From an uncultured Calditrichaceae bacterium (GTDB taxonomy: Bacteria; Calditrichota; Calditrichia; RBG-13-44-9; J075): a stretch of DNA of 64,000 nt. Where the stretch lies: positions 23,394 through 87,393 of the forward strand of contig CAZFVV010000001.1 in the NCBI GenBank assembly GCA_964522165.1, given 5' to 3'. Position 1 is the stretch's first letter. Every line of letters starts with the position of its first letter. Under the pieces are notes generated by a model. It was given only the letters and a program-made list of their open reading frames with translations, did not search any database and was not told where the DNA came from. Of the stretch, positions 18,718 through 27,354 are shown in pieces. The position numbers were made by a program, and so were the translations under genes.

Positions 18718-19644
18718 TCAATACCCCATTCGCCGGAGCAGGCCCTCTTTGCGCCGCCAGTCCTCCGCCACTTTTACGAACAGTTCCAGGAAGACCGGCC
18801 GCCCCAAAAAGGTTTCGATCTCCTGGCGCGCCAGCGAACCCACTTTTTTCAACGCCTGGCCCTTCCTGCCGATCAGGATGCCCTTTTGGGAGGGCTTTTC
18901 CACCAGGATCAGCGCCCGGATGTAGTCTTTGCCCCCTTCCGGTTCCTCCGGCGAAGCGTCGGCTTCCCGGAATTCCTCGATCTCCACGTGGCAGGAATAG
19001 GGAATCTCCTCCCCGTAGAGCCTGAAAATTTTCTCCCGTACGATCTCCGCCACAAAAAAGCGCTCCTGCTGGTCGCTGATATAATCGCTGGGATAGAAGG
19101 GGTGGCCGGCCGGCAGGTATTTGGCAATTTCTTCAAGAAGCCGGCCTAAACCGTCGCTCTTCTCTGCGGAGATGGGAATGATAGCCTTGAAGGGGTGAAT
19201 TTTGGAGTACTGCTCAATGAGCGGCAAAAGCTGCCGTTTTTCGAGCAGGTCGATCTTGTTCAGCGCCAGGATTACTGCTTTGTTCTGGGTTAGCGCCATT
19301 TGCTTTTGCACTTCCTGCGGCGCTTGCCGCCGCTCCGCGACGTCCACCATGTACACTAACACATCCGCATCCGCTATAGCGGATTTAACGCTTTTGAGCA
19401 TCTTCTCCTGCAAAGTATAGCGCGGCTCCAGGATTCCCGGGGTGTCGATGAACACCATCTGGTAATGCGGAGCGTTGAGAATGCCCAGTACGTTTTTCCG
19501 GGTGGTTTGCGGCTTGGGGGTAACGATGGAAATCTTGAAATGCAGCAACCGGTTCAACAAAGTCGATTTGCCCACGTTGGGCAGGCCCACCACGGCAATG
19601 TAACCGGCGCGAAAATTTTCAACAGGGTTCATGGTTCTCAACAA
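18718..19644 (-). CDS. era: GTPase Era
   Basis: G1 motif GLPNVGKSTL, G3 DTPG, G4 NKID and a C-terminal KH domain are present. Confidence 0.88.
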   Translation of the reverse strand: MLRTMNPVENFRAGYIAVVGLPNVGKSTLLNRLLHFKISIVTPKPQTTRKNVLGILNAPHYQMVFIDTPGILEPRYTLQEKMLKSVKSAIADADVLVYMVDVAERRQAPQEVQKQMALTQNKAVILALNKIDLLEKRQLLPLIEQYSKIHPFKAIIPISAEKSDGLGRLLEEIAKYLPAGHPFYPSDYISDQQERFFVAEIVREKIFRLYGEEIPYSCHVEIEEFREADASPEEPEGGKDYIRALILVEKPSQKGILIGRKGQALKKVGSLARQEIETFLGRPVFLELFVKVAEDWRRKEGLLRRMGY

Positions 19645-19647
19645 TTT

Positions 19648-19745
19648 GCGTGTTCATGTGTTCGAGTGTTATAGTGTTCTTGTGTTTTAGTATTTGGGTA
19701 GGATTCGCAGGTGCTAAAACACTAAAACACTTGAACACCATCGCA
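19648..19745. repeat. GTGTTNNN/NNNAACAC 8-nt periodic palindrome
   Basis: GTGTTCATGTGTTCGAGTGTTATAGTGTTCTTGTGTTTTAG...CTAAAACACTAAAACACTTGAACAC. Confidence 0.6.
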
Positions 19746-20336
19746 CTATTCCAACGCCGCTTTCAATTGATACATCCCCTCGAATACCGGGCGCATGGCC
19801 TCTAATTTGGTATCATCCAAAATCCGCTGGGAGATGCGCTCTAATAGCATCCGGCTGTTGCCGATCAAAATGTAGGCAAAGGGAGGCAAATTGGCGACTA
19901 ACTTCTCGAAAATTGCCAGATCGACCTTTTTTAAGTCCGCGGAGCTTCTCGCTTCCAGCAAATATTGCCCGTTCAGGATCGAAAGGGTGCGCTCTTTCTG
20001 ATCTTCGGCCACTTCCTTTTTCCCCAGCCAATCGGTTGACTTGATAAAAAAGTTGAGCCGGGATGCGGCTTCCATGGAAACGGCGATATAGTAGCGGCGC
20101 TCCCCTTCAGTTTTCTCGGTGCTGATCGACACCACGATATCCTGCCCTTTGAACCTGCCGGCATAGCGGGGCCGCACCGCAAACCCGCCCCGGATTACCT
20201 GCCCGCCATAGGCGTCTTCCAAATCCAAAAAGTTCTGATGAATGGCGTCAAACTGGGCTTTGCGCAGGAAAAGCAGCATCAGGAGCACTAAAAAAATGGC
20301 CGTCATGGCCAGGGCGATGGCCCATAAAATCGTCAC
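19746..20336 (-). CDS. Hypothetical membrane-anchored protein (single N-terminal TM helix)
   Basis: 196 aa ORF. N-terminus ILWAIALAMTAIFLVLLMLLFL is hydrophobic. Confidence 0.6.
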   Translation of the reverse strand: MTILWAIALAMTAIFLVLLMLLFLRKAQFDAIHQNFLDLEDAYGGQVIRGGFAVRPRYAGRFKGQDIVVSISTEKTEGERRYYIAVSMEAASRLNFFIKSTDWLGKKEVAEDQKERTLSILNGQYLLEARSSADLKKVDLAIFEKLVANLPPFAYILIGNSRMLLERISQRILDDTKLEAMRPVFEGMYQLKAALE

Positions 20337-20352
20337 GAAAAGTCCTCCCCGG

Positions 20353-21351
20353 TTAAAAGTAGATCGGGAGCGGGATGAAACTGATCACAAAAATGAACAG
20401 GCACAGCCAGCCCAGGGAACGGCGGTCGGGGGTCAGCTCGATCTCGTCATTGTGGGTGGGGGGATGGCGGAAACCGATCAGGCTGAGGATGATCATCCAG
20501 GGCAGCCAGATCGTCCCGGCCGGCCCGCGCTGTAGGTAGAGGAAAATGGTCAACCCGGCCAGCCCGGCAAATACCGTCCAGCTCATCAGGCTGGCCCGGC
20601 GTCCCAACAGGGCATACATAATGTGCCCCCCGTCCAACTGCCCGATGGGCAGCAAATTGATGGCCGTGACCAGCAGCCCCACCCACCCGGCAAAGATGAA
20701 CGGAAAGTGGTACACCTCGCTCATGGGCAGCCGCCCCCCCCCGGCCAGGTCGTTGAAAAAATAGAACAGCAGCGATTTTCCCAGGATGAGCGTGGCCACG
20801 TCCTCCCCCGGGGAGGTGTCCCAGGGGTGAATGGTCTCCACGTGGGCGATGATGCCGTTCAAGCCCGGGAGGGTGAGGTATCCGTAAGCCAGAAATATCA
20901 AACTGACTGCGAATCCCGCCAGGGGGCCGCCCACGGCCACGTCCATCAACGCCCGGCGGTCCGGAATGGGCGATTTGATGCGGATGAATGCCCCCATGGT
21001 GCCGAAATGAAAGGCGTAGGGAATGGGCAGGGGAATGTAAAACGGCAGGGTCACGTTGATTTTATGCCAGCGCGCCGCCAGGTAATGCCCCATTTCGTGG
21101 CAGGTGAGGATCAGCAGCACGGCAAAGGAATATTGCCAACCCTTGAGCAGCAGGGAATAATCGCGCAGGATCGCGTCGATCTGGTAGCCCAACAGGCTGG
21201 CGCCCATCATCATGGTAGTTAGAATGGTTACGAGGAACAACAGCGCGTTCAGCCAGGGACGCTTATGCCGCACGGTCTCCCAGCGCGGCGGCGGAAGGGG
21301 AGGCAGGGCGGTGAGGTTGCCGTTATCATCGAATGAAGGATTTTTTTCCAT
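20353..21351 (-). CDS. Site-2 protease-like M50 family metallopeptidase
   Basis: HEMGHYLAARWH (HExxH) lies inside a polytopic membrane protein with M50-like topology. Confidence 0.8.
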   Translation of the reverse strand: MEKNPSFDDNGNLTALPPLPPPRWETVRHKRPWLNALLFLVTILTTMMMGASLLGYQIDAILRDYSLLLKGWQYSFAVLLILTCHEMGHYLAARWHKINVTLPFYIPLPIPYAFHFGTMGAFIRIKSPIPDRRALMDVAVGGPLAGFAVSLIFLAYGYLTLPGLNGIIAHVETIHPWDTSPGEDVATLILGKSLLFYFFNDLAGGGRLPMSEVYHFPFIFAGWVGLLVTAINLLPIGQLDGGHIMYALLGRRASLMSWTVFAGLAGLTIFLYLQRGPAGTIWLPWMIILSLIGFRHPPTHNDEIELTPDRRSLGWLCLFIFVISFIPLPIYF

Positions 21352-21435
21352 GCAAAAGCCTCAATGTAAGCGTCAATAATACAAAATGATTCCGCCGTTC
21401 TCAACCGCAAAAAGCGCGGGGAGCAGTGGAAGCCG

Positions 21436-21660
21436 GGGTGCCACGGACGCAGCACAAATTGCACTGGAGGCAGAGCCTCCAAGAGTGCGTTACACAGCAG
21501 AGCTGTGTAACGAGTAATTTGATATATCTCGTTCCAGTGCTCTGCACGGAACGGATTCTTTCGAGGTTCCGCCTCGAATTTGTGCAATTTGTGCTGCGCC
21601 CAGTGCCACGAAGTGGCTCCTTTGAAGCAAAACTTCAGTTTTGCCCCTGCCCCCGCTCCC
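21436..21660. repeat. Structured intergenic element flanked by CACAAATTGCACTG ... GTGCAATTTGTG inverted repeats; contains the perfect palindrome GTTACACAGCAGAGCTGTGTAAC and ends in the GCAAAACTTCAGTTTTGC palindrome
   Basis: Inverted repeats are readable. A second copy with the same ends is at 24690-24830. Confidence 0.5.
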
Positions 21661-21664
21661 GGCG

Positions 21665-23170
21665 TTACGCGCCATAGAGGTAATACACGCTCTCGCGCGG
21701 GACAATGGCGTCGAAAATCTCTTCGTTGTGAGAGATCATCAAAATCGCCTTTCCTTCCCGCTGCTTTTCCTGCAGGGCGGCGATCACTTTTTGAATGCTC
21801 AGGAAATCCAGCCCGTTGAGCGGCTCATCGAAGATCAGCAGGTCGGTGTCGAGCACCAGGGTGCGCAGCAGGTTGAGGCGCTGCTTCTGGCCCCCGCTGA
21901 GGTGGGCGACTTTTTTGTTCAAAAAAGCGCCGTCGATCTCCATGTCGAACAATTCCCGCAAGCGCATGCGAATGTAGGCGTCGTTCAGTTCTACCCGCGA
22001 GGGCAGCCCGCCGAATACCTCTTTGACCTTCGCTTTCAAGTTCAGGGCTTCGTCCGCGTGTTGAAAGGCCATCCCGGCCAGTTTTCCCCACACCAGCTTG
22101 CGCCAGGCGGCCCCGGGAGTTCGCTCGCTGAATTTCCAGCGCCCGATGACCATTTCCAGGTTTTTACACTCCTGCAATCCCATGATAATCTTCGCCAGGG
22201 TGGTTTTGCCCACCCCGCTGGCGGCTTTTAAATAGATGATTTCTCCCGGTAGAACGTGTAACATCCCGTAATCCTTGCGGCTGCCGTCGTTGGAGATGAT
22301 CATCTTTTTCCCGAAAACCTCGTAGCCGCCGCGGATTTGCAGCAGCGGCTTTGCTGCCGGATTTTGGGGCGCAGCGACCGGTTTTTCCGCCCGCAGCCAC
22401 TCTAAGTAGGCCCGGGGGGCGAAATCGCGCAGCGCCAGCCCGCCCCCCCGAAGGGATAATTCTTTATAAGCGATTTGTTCCCGCAGACCGGCATATTTTT
22501 CGTACACTTCGCTGATAATCGAATAATCGTGGGTGATCAGCAGGGCGGTAAACGGGAACCGCTGGAATTGTTCGAATAATAATTTCAGGAAGAGGTTGCG
22601 GAAATTGTTGTCGAGACTGCCGGTAGGCTCGTCGAAGATGAATAAATTGGTTTCACCGCCGCCGGAAGGCTGCGGATTGGACTGCGCCAGGCCGATCTTT
22701 TTGAAGGCCATGGCCAGCAGGATGCGCTGTTTTTCTCCCCCGCTGGGGCGGTACGGTTTGGGATAGACGTTCAGGATATTTTGAATGGGTTCATCGCGCC
22801 CGGTATTCCAGAGGCGGCGCAGGATTTCCTGCTCCCCGGGGGCGGTTTTCAGGCTGCCCTCTTTCAGTTGCTCGCTGAGCCGGAGCAGGGGATTCAGATG
22901 GGTGGAAGGCTCCTGGAACACGAAAAACCCGTTTTGCTGAATGCGCCGGGTGGATTCCTGCTCCAGGTAGGCGGGGTAATCCATGCCGTTGATCTGCACC
23001 TCTAAGAGCGCGGGATCCAGCAGTCCGAAAACCGCTTTGGAGAGGATGGTTTTGCCAATGCCGGATTCTCCGAACAAAAAGGTGATTTTATGATCGGGAA
23101 TATCGAACCGGTCGATGGAAACGATGGTCTTGTTCAGCCGGGCGATGTGAATTCGGAATTCCAGGGGCAT
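21665..23170 (-). CDS. ABC transporter ATP-binding protein with duplicated ATPase domains (YejF/OppDF-like)
   Basis: Two Walker A boxes (GESGIGKT and AASGVGKT) and two signature motifs (SGGEKQR and LSGGQKQR). Confidence 0.85.
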   Translation of the reverse strand: MPLEFRIHIARLNKTIVSIDRFDIPDHKITFLFGESGIGKTILSKAVFGLLDPALLEVQINGMDYPAYLEQESTRRIQQNGFFVFQEPSTHLNPLLRLSEQLKEGSLKTAPGEQEILRRLWNTGRDEPIQNILNVYPKPYRPSGGEKQRILLAMAFKKIGLAQSNPQPSGGGETNLFIFDEPTGSLDNNFRNLFLKLLFEQFQRFPFTALLITHDYSIISEVYEKYAGLREQIAYKELSLRGGGLALRDFAPRAYLEWLRAEKPVAAPQNPAAKPLLQIRGGYEVFGKKMIISNDGSRKDYGMLHVLPGEIIYLKAASGVGKTTLAKIIMGLQECKNLEMVIGRWKFSERTPGAAWRKLVWGKLAGMAFQHADEALNLKAKVKEVFGGLPSRVELNDAYIRMRLRELFDMEIDGAFLNKKVAHLSGGQKQRLNLLRTLVLDTDLLIFDEPLNGLDFLSIQKVIAALQEKQREGKAILMISHNEEIFDAIVPRESVYYLYGA

Positions 23171-23188
23171 ATTGGGATATGGTATTTT

Positions 23189-23959
23189 CTATTTCCCGGC
23201 CGCCTCTCTCAGGGCGTCGCACATGGAAAATTCGATCTCGAGGTTTTGGCTCTCCATCCACACGGTGATGTAAACCCGGTTTAAACATCCCCAGCCGGTA
23301 TAAGTAAAACGGAAACCGGTGGAAGGGTCTGTTGCGTCATTCTCTTTCCGGGCAAAACTGGGGTGGTTGAAGAAGTAGGTCACTTTTTGAACTTTGCCTT
23401 GAAGCTCCCGGGGAATATCTAACCAGAGGGAAAAATTATAGCGTTTGTCGCCGATTTTGGCATATTCCGTGTTGGGAACCACCCGGTAAACCGCGCCTAA
23501 CACGATCGGGGGGATTTCCCCCGGCGCGGAAATTTCCTGCTGCCAGACCTGCTGCCGCCAATCCCGCCCGGCCAGGTACACGCGCAGCAGATGCCGGCCT
23601 TCTTGCAACCCCTGGAAAGCATAACGCCCGTAAGCGTCGCTGATGCTGGGGCCGAGCCATTTTTTCGATTCCGAATGATAGAGATAGACCTCGTACCCCG
23701 CCAGGGGAATGGGAGCCTTTCCGGAGGCGTTATAGAGGTACAGCGAGCCGGTAACACTCAACGATTCGGATTGGGCCGTTAGCACCCCGCTGCACAGCAG
23801 TAAAAAGCTCACCCAGGCGGCAAGGAAAAAGCGCCCCGGGCGCCGGGTTTCTTTTTGGCGTTCAAATCCGCAGCCGCGCTTGCCTTCCCGGGACATCCCC
23901 CATCCCCGATCAGAAATCATAAATCCTCCATCCGCAATCTTAATCGTGCGTCTCATCAT
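23189..23959 (-). CDS. Secreted hypothetical protein with a carboxypeptidase-regulatory-like (Cna B-type) beta-sandwich
   Basis: A signal peptide comes after a charged N-region. GYEVYLYHSESKKWLGPSISDAYGRYAF resembles a CarbopepD_reg-like fold. The start codon is uncertain. Confidence 0.55.
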   Translation of the reverse strand: MMRRTIKIADGGFMISDRGWGMSREGKRGCGFERQKETRRPGRFFLAAWVSFLLLCSGVLTAQSESLSVTGSLYLYNASGKAPIPLAGYEVYLYHSESKKWLGPSISDAYGRYAFQGLQEGRHLLRVYLAGRDWRQQVWQQEISAPGEIPPIVLGAVYRVVPNTEYAKIGDKRYNFSLWLDIPRELQGKVQKVTYFFNHPSFARKENDATDPSTGFRFTYTGWGCLNRVYITVWMESQNLEIEFSMCDALREAAGK

Positions 23960-23961
23960 GT

Positions 23962-24666
23962 TTACCTCCCCTCCGGCGCTGAGAGCATGGCAGCTTCTTC
24001 CGGCGCGCCCGGCGAGGCCGGCTCTTCCATCTCCGCGCTGAGGCCGGGGGCTTCCGAGGGCCGGTTGGCCACGGTTTCCCCGGCCGGCGGCGCGATGGGC
24101 ATCAAGGTGATCCTCTGTTTCAGGGGGTAATTCCAGCGCCCCGGCTCCAATTTAATGGTTTCTTCTCCCAATTCGGCGTTGGAGAAGGTGACCGTCATCT
24201 GGTTGTTCTGCTTGTCCAGGGAGATGCTGATGGTCAAGGGCGCGTAGTAGAGGCTCTCGAAATTGATGGTCTGGCGCCGCCCGGTATAATTGACCGGCAG
24301 CTCGAACAGCCCGCTCTCTTCGATGCCCATCTCCTTGGGCGCCACGTACACTTTTTTATCCGGGTCTTTTTGAACCTGTCCGGAGAGGGAGATGATTTGA
24401 ACCTCCTGCTGAAGCTGCCAGAAAGAGAATACCGGCAAACCGATGGCCACGATGGCCGCCACCACGTATAATCCCACGATCGGGATGGTGGAGCTGAGCT
24501 TGACCTTGTCGAAGATCTCCAGCCGGATGGCCTCGGCATTCTCGAATTTCTGGGATTTCAGGATATCGCTGATAGTATTTCCCCGCCGGGTGGACAGCCA
24601 GGCCGCGATGCCGGCAAAGAGAATCCCGCTGGCCAGGCAGGAGACTAAAATCCATATAAAATTCAT
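23962..24666 (-). CDS. Hypothetical membrane protein (two TM helices; Pro/Ala/Glu-rich tail)
   Basis: 234 aa ORF, 3 nt upstream of the next gene. Confidence 0.6.
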   Translation of the reverse strand: MNFIWILVSCLASGILFAGIAAWLSTRRGNTISDILKSQKFENAEAIRLEIFDKVKLSSTIPIVGLYVVAAIVAIGLPVFSFWQLQQEVQIISLSGQVQKDPDKKVYVAPKEMGIEESGLFELPVNYTGRRQTINFESLYYAPLTISISLDKQNNQMTVTFSNAELGEETIKLEPGRWNYPLKQRITLMPIAPPAGETVANRPSEAPGLSAEMEEPASPGAPEEAAMLSAPEGR

Positions 24667-24689
24667 AATAAACCTCCGTGAAGGAGGGG

Positions 24690-24830
24690 CACGACAAATT
24701 GCACTGAATTGACTGATTTAATCAACACGCTGAAGCGTGGCAATCTATAATTATTTCGCTTCAGATTGCCTCACTTCAGTGAGCAGTACTCCAAAAATAT
24801 GCAATTTGTCATGCGCCCTGTGAAGGCTCT
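24690..24830. repeat. Second copy of the element flanked by GACAAATTGCACTG ... TGCAATTTGTC; has internal hairpins CTGAAGCG..CGCTTCAG and CTCACTTCAGTGAG
   Basis: Read directly from the sequence; see 21436-21660. Confidence 0.45.
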
Positions 24831-24835
24831 GATGG

Positions 24836-25363
24836 TTAAGAGTAAATTGCCATCCCTTCTTTTATCAAATGCTTATTCTCTTCCGTATTGAATGTTGCCA
24901 CCGGTTTTCCGTTCCGGAGGCAGTCCTGCACCAGCTTTTCAACGTTGCCCCCGGCGGCGGCATGGGCGACAAATACCCGGTCGGCCAAATCCGCCATCAA
25001 GCGGTTGCGCTTCAGCGCCCTTCCCGCGCTGACTCGCCTGACTGTTTCATCAAAAGGGGTAACAATCAGCAGCCGGTTTTCCCGGAGCGCCTGTTTTATT
25101 TCCGGCTCGATGCGCTGCTTTATTCCCCTGGCCAGGGCTAATATAATCGGCTGCCGGCCCTTGAGCAGGTAATGCAGCACGTCTCTCTCGATTTGGGAAT
25201 GAAAACCGGAGATAACGCAATGGCCCTTATCGCGCTGCTCGCTAGCCCAGTCGTAAGCTTTCAGGATAATGTGCGCCGGGCAGGCGCGGGAGCACAGGAA
25301 GGCAATTTTATGGTGCTTCAAAATTTCGGAATTGCCGTAGCTGTAGAAGTGGAAGGGTTTCAT
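24836..25363 (-). CDS. DprA/Smf-like Rossmann-fold (SLOG-type) protein, stand-alone, 175 aa
   Basis: KIAFLCSRACP...VISGFHSQIERDVLHYLL...LALARGI...KRNRLMADLADRVFV follows the DprA core layout (SG...ARGID...RNR). Its start overlaps the upstream PIN-like gene's stop by 4 nt. Confidence 0.65.
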   Translation of the reverse strand: MKPFHFYSYGNSEILKHHKIAFLCSRACPAHIILKAYDWASEQRDKGHCVISGFHSQIERDVLHYLLKGRQPIILALARGIKQRIEPEIKQALRENRLLIVTPFDETVRRVSAGRALKRNRLMADLADRVFVAHAAAGGNVEKLVQDCLRNGKPVATFNTEENKHLIKEGMAIYS

Positions 25364-25695
25364 TCATAAATTTCCATGCACGCTGTTTCTGGATCTGAAA
25401 TAAACTCTTCTATTTCAAGCGAGTGTTTTCGAAGCAATTCTGCAATGACCTCAGTGGGTTGGTTCCCGCATCGCAACCAGATGATCTTTGGGGGCGCGCC
25501 TCTCAGCAGGCTGAGTTCATAGAAATCGGCATCCAGGGTAACGATCACAAAATCGGTTTGGCGGGCGTATTCCCAAATTTGTAAATCTTCCGCGCGCGCC
25601 ATGTTTAACAATCGCACTTGCTGCGATCTGGGAAACATATCTTTCAATGCTGTACAGAGCCGGAAGCTTAGATTTTGGTCAAATAACAACTTCAT
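25360..25695 (-). CDS. DUF5615-family PIN-like protein (usual partner of DUF433)
   Basis: 111 aa. The MKLLFDQNLS start and acidic residues at D6, D48 and D66 match DUF5615. It overlaps the DUF433 gene by 4 nt. Confidence 0.72.
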   Translation of the reverse strand: MKLLFDQNLSFRLCTALKDMFPRSQQVRLLNMARAEDLQIWEYARQTDFVIVTLDADFYELSLLRGAPPKIIWLRCGNQPTEVIAELLRKHSLEIEEFISDPETACMEIYE

Positions 25696-25919
25696 CCAGC
25701 CACAACCCGGGCTTTGTTATGCCGATCCGCGGCAAACGCTAAACAGGCCAGGATGTCGTCTATAGTTAATTCCGGGAAATCCGCTAAAATTTCCTCATAG
25801 GTCATACCGGCGGAAAGCCAGCCTAACACGTCCCCCACGGTGATGCGCATCCCCCGGATACAGGGCTTGCCCCCCCGCTTGCCCGGCTCGATGGTAATAA
25901 TATCTTGATAGCGATTCAT
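25692..25919 (-). CDS. DUF433 domain protein (antitoxin-like)
   Basis: 75 aa. EPGKRGGKPCIRGMRITVGDVLGWLSAGMTYEEILADFPELTIDDILACLAFA is the canonical DUF433. Confidence 0.8.
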   Translation of the reverse strand: MNRYQDIITIEPGKRGGKPCIRGMRITVGDVLGWLSAGMTYEEILADFPELTIDDILACLAFAADRHNKARVVAG

Positions 25920-25948
25920 TTATATTGTCCTCATGCTTTTCAAATTTC

Positions 25949-26149
25949 CTAAACAACTTCAAATTGCAGCTTCTTCAAATTGTTTAATGGGACACGCGCA
26001 GTCACTTTTAAAATTTCGATGCCAACCACATGTTCCTTACCATCAAAATCGAAAATGATACCGTGTTTGATCTCCTCTGACTCGATTATTTTCGATTCAT
26101 CAAAGCAGATGTAGATTGCGTCGGCTTTTTCATCAAACATGACTTTCAT
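25949..26149 (-). CDS. DUF2283 domain protein
   Basis: MKVMFDEKADAIYICF...GKEHVVGIEIL matches DUF2283. Start chosen at the MKV with a GAAGGA RBS. Confidence 0.7.
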   Translation of the reverse strand: MKVMFDEKADAIYICFDESKIIESEEIKHGIIFDFDGKEHVVGIEILKVTARVPLNNLKKLQFEVV

Positions 26150-26386
26150 AGTATATCCTTCATTCATGAAGGGGCTTTCTGTCTTTGGCGGTGTAAATAT
26201 CTTTCTTTTAAAAAATTGACCGGCTAAAAGTTAGCCCGTAACCGGGGAGAATTGCAAGAAGTTTATTACCGCAGATTGGCGATGGGTTTCTGCGGCGTTT
26301 GCATACTAATCAAACAAACTCAACTGGCCGTGATCGTCCAGGGGAAGGTAGCGATAGCGCCTTTTGTTCCAGGCTCCCTCCCCGCC

Positions 26387-27250
26387 TCACAACTCATACC
26401 GCCGGGCAAATCCATTGGAAATTTTGTAAATGCACAAGAGGGTGAATACGATCAAAAACGCCGCGGTAACCCCCTGCAAGTGGGTAAAAAACAGGCGGCT
26501 GACGTAGCCGGGGTGGGTGAGGGTATGCCCGATGGCTAAGATATCCTGCTTGCTGTCGATTTTAGCCAGCAGGCTTCCCAGGGTTACCGGCAGGTTTACC
26601 GCGCTGACCTCGGTGGACAACCCCACGGAGACGATGAAATCGATACTGCACAATAGAAAAATGGTAATCCCGAAAACCGCAATCAGTTTGTTGACGATAT
26701 GCGCCAGACTGTTTTTCCAGAGAATTTCCCGGTTGATGATACGGCTTTCCCGGATGCCGCACACCAGCATGGCGTTGTAGAAATCCAGTTTTTTATAATA
26801 GTCGATCCGTTCCCGCACCAGGTCGGCGATTTCCAGGAAGATGAATACGCTGATGGTGAAGGCGATGAGCAGGATGATCGCCGCGGTGCTGCGCAACACC
26901 CCGCCCTGGATACCCAGGGTGATCAGCACGTACCCCAACAGGATGCCCACGATCTGGGGAACGGAGCGAATCAGGTTGAGCAAAAACGCAGCGGTGAGAT
27001 AGGGCGCGGGAGTGCGCAGCTTCTCCAGAAAGTACATTCCCAGCGCGGTTGACCAGCCTAACAACAGGGAGAAGACGATCCCGAACAGGGCGATTACCAG
27101 GGTATAGAAAAATCCCGCTTCGATCTTTTCCAACGCCGGGCGGTTGAGATGGAGGATGTTCCATAGCCACGCCAATCCCACCCCGGCCAGCCAGATCAGC
27201 AGCCAAAGCTTGTCTTTATCGCGATAAATGGTGGTTGCCAATGCTTTCAT
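26387..27250 (-). CDS. ABC transporter permease (Opp/Dpp/Yej-type inner membrane component)
   Basis: Six predicted TM helices and a permease-like conserved loop region. Start taken at MKALATT; the upstream extension is a translation of the repeat. Confidence 0.72.
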   Translation of the reverse strand: MKALATTIYRDKDKLWLLIWLAGVGLAWLWNILHLNRPALEKIEAGFFYTLVIALFGIVFSLLLGWSTALGMYFLEKLRTPAPYLTAAFLLNLIRSVPQIVGILLGYVLITLGIQGGVLRSTAAIILLIAFTISVFIFLEIADLVRERIDYYKKLDFYNAMLVCGIRESRIINREILWKNSLAHIVNKLIAVFGITIFLLCSIDFIVSVGLSTEVSAVNLPVTLGSLLAKIDSKQDILAIGHTLTHPGYVSRLFFTHLQGVTAAFLIVFTLLCIYKISNGFARRYEL

Positions 27251-27261
27251 TTTTGCCTCGG

Positions 27262-27354
27262 AAGGCGCATGGCGCAGAGCGCGGAGGGCAGAGCGCAAAA
27301 GGTAATGCGTACGGGGCGTGAAAAGCTTTCTCTATGCGCCATGCGCCATGCGCC
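27262..27354. repeat. GCGCATGGCGCAGAGCGC-family hairpin repeat
   Basis: GGCGCATGGCGCAGAGCGCGGAGGGCAGAGCGC ... TGCGCCATGCGCCATGCGCC; copies also at 29581-29752 and 32370-32485. Confidence 0.6.

Noticed and set aside
21575-21612. Sigma-54 promoter (TGGCAC-N5-TTGCA) on the minus strand at about 21600 and at 15300 (TTGGCAATTGGCAATT)
   Set aside because: Only the -24 half (TGGCAC) matches. The -12 element is degenerate (GCAGC or AATTA). It is insufficient to call.
27251-27298. N-terminal extensions of ORFs 26387-27298, 47817-49265 and 17089-17880 as real coding sequence
   Set aside because: The extensions are translations of hairpin or tandem repeats. Better starts with an RBS or a family-typical N-terminus exist downstream.
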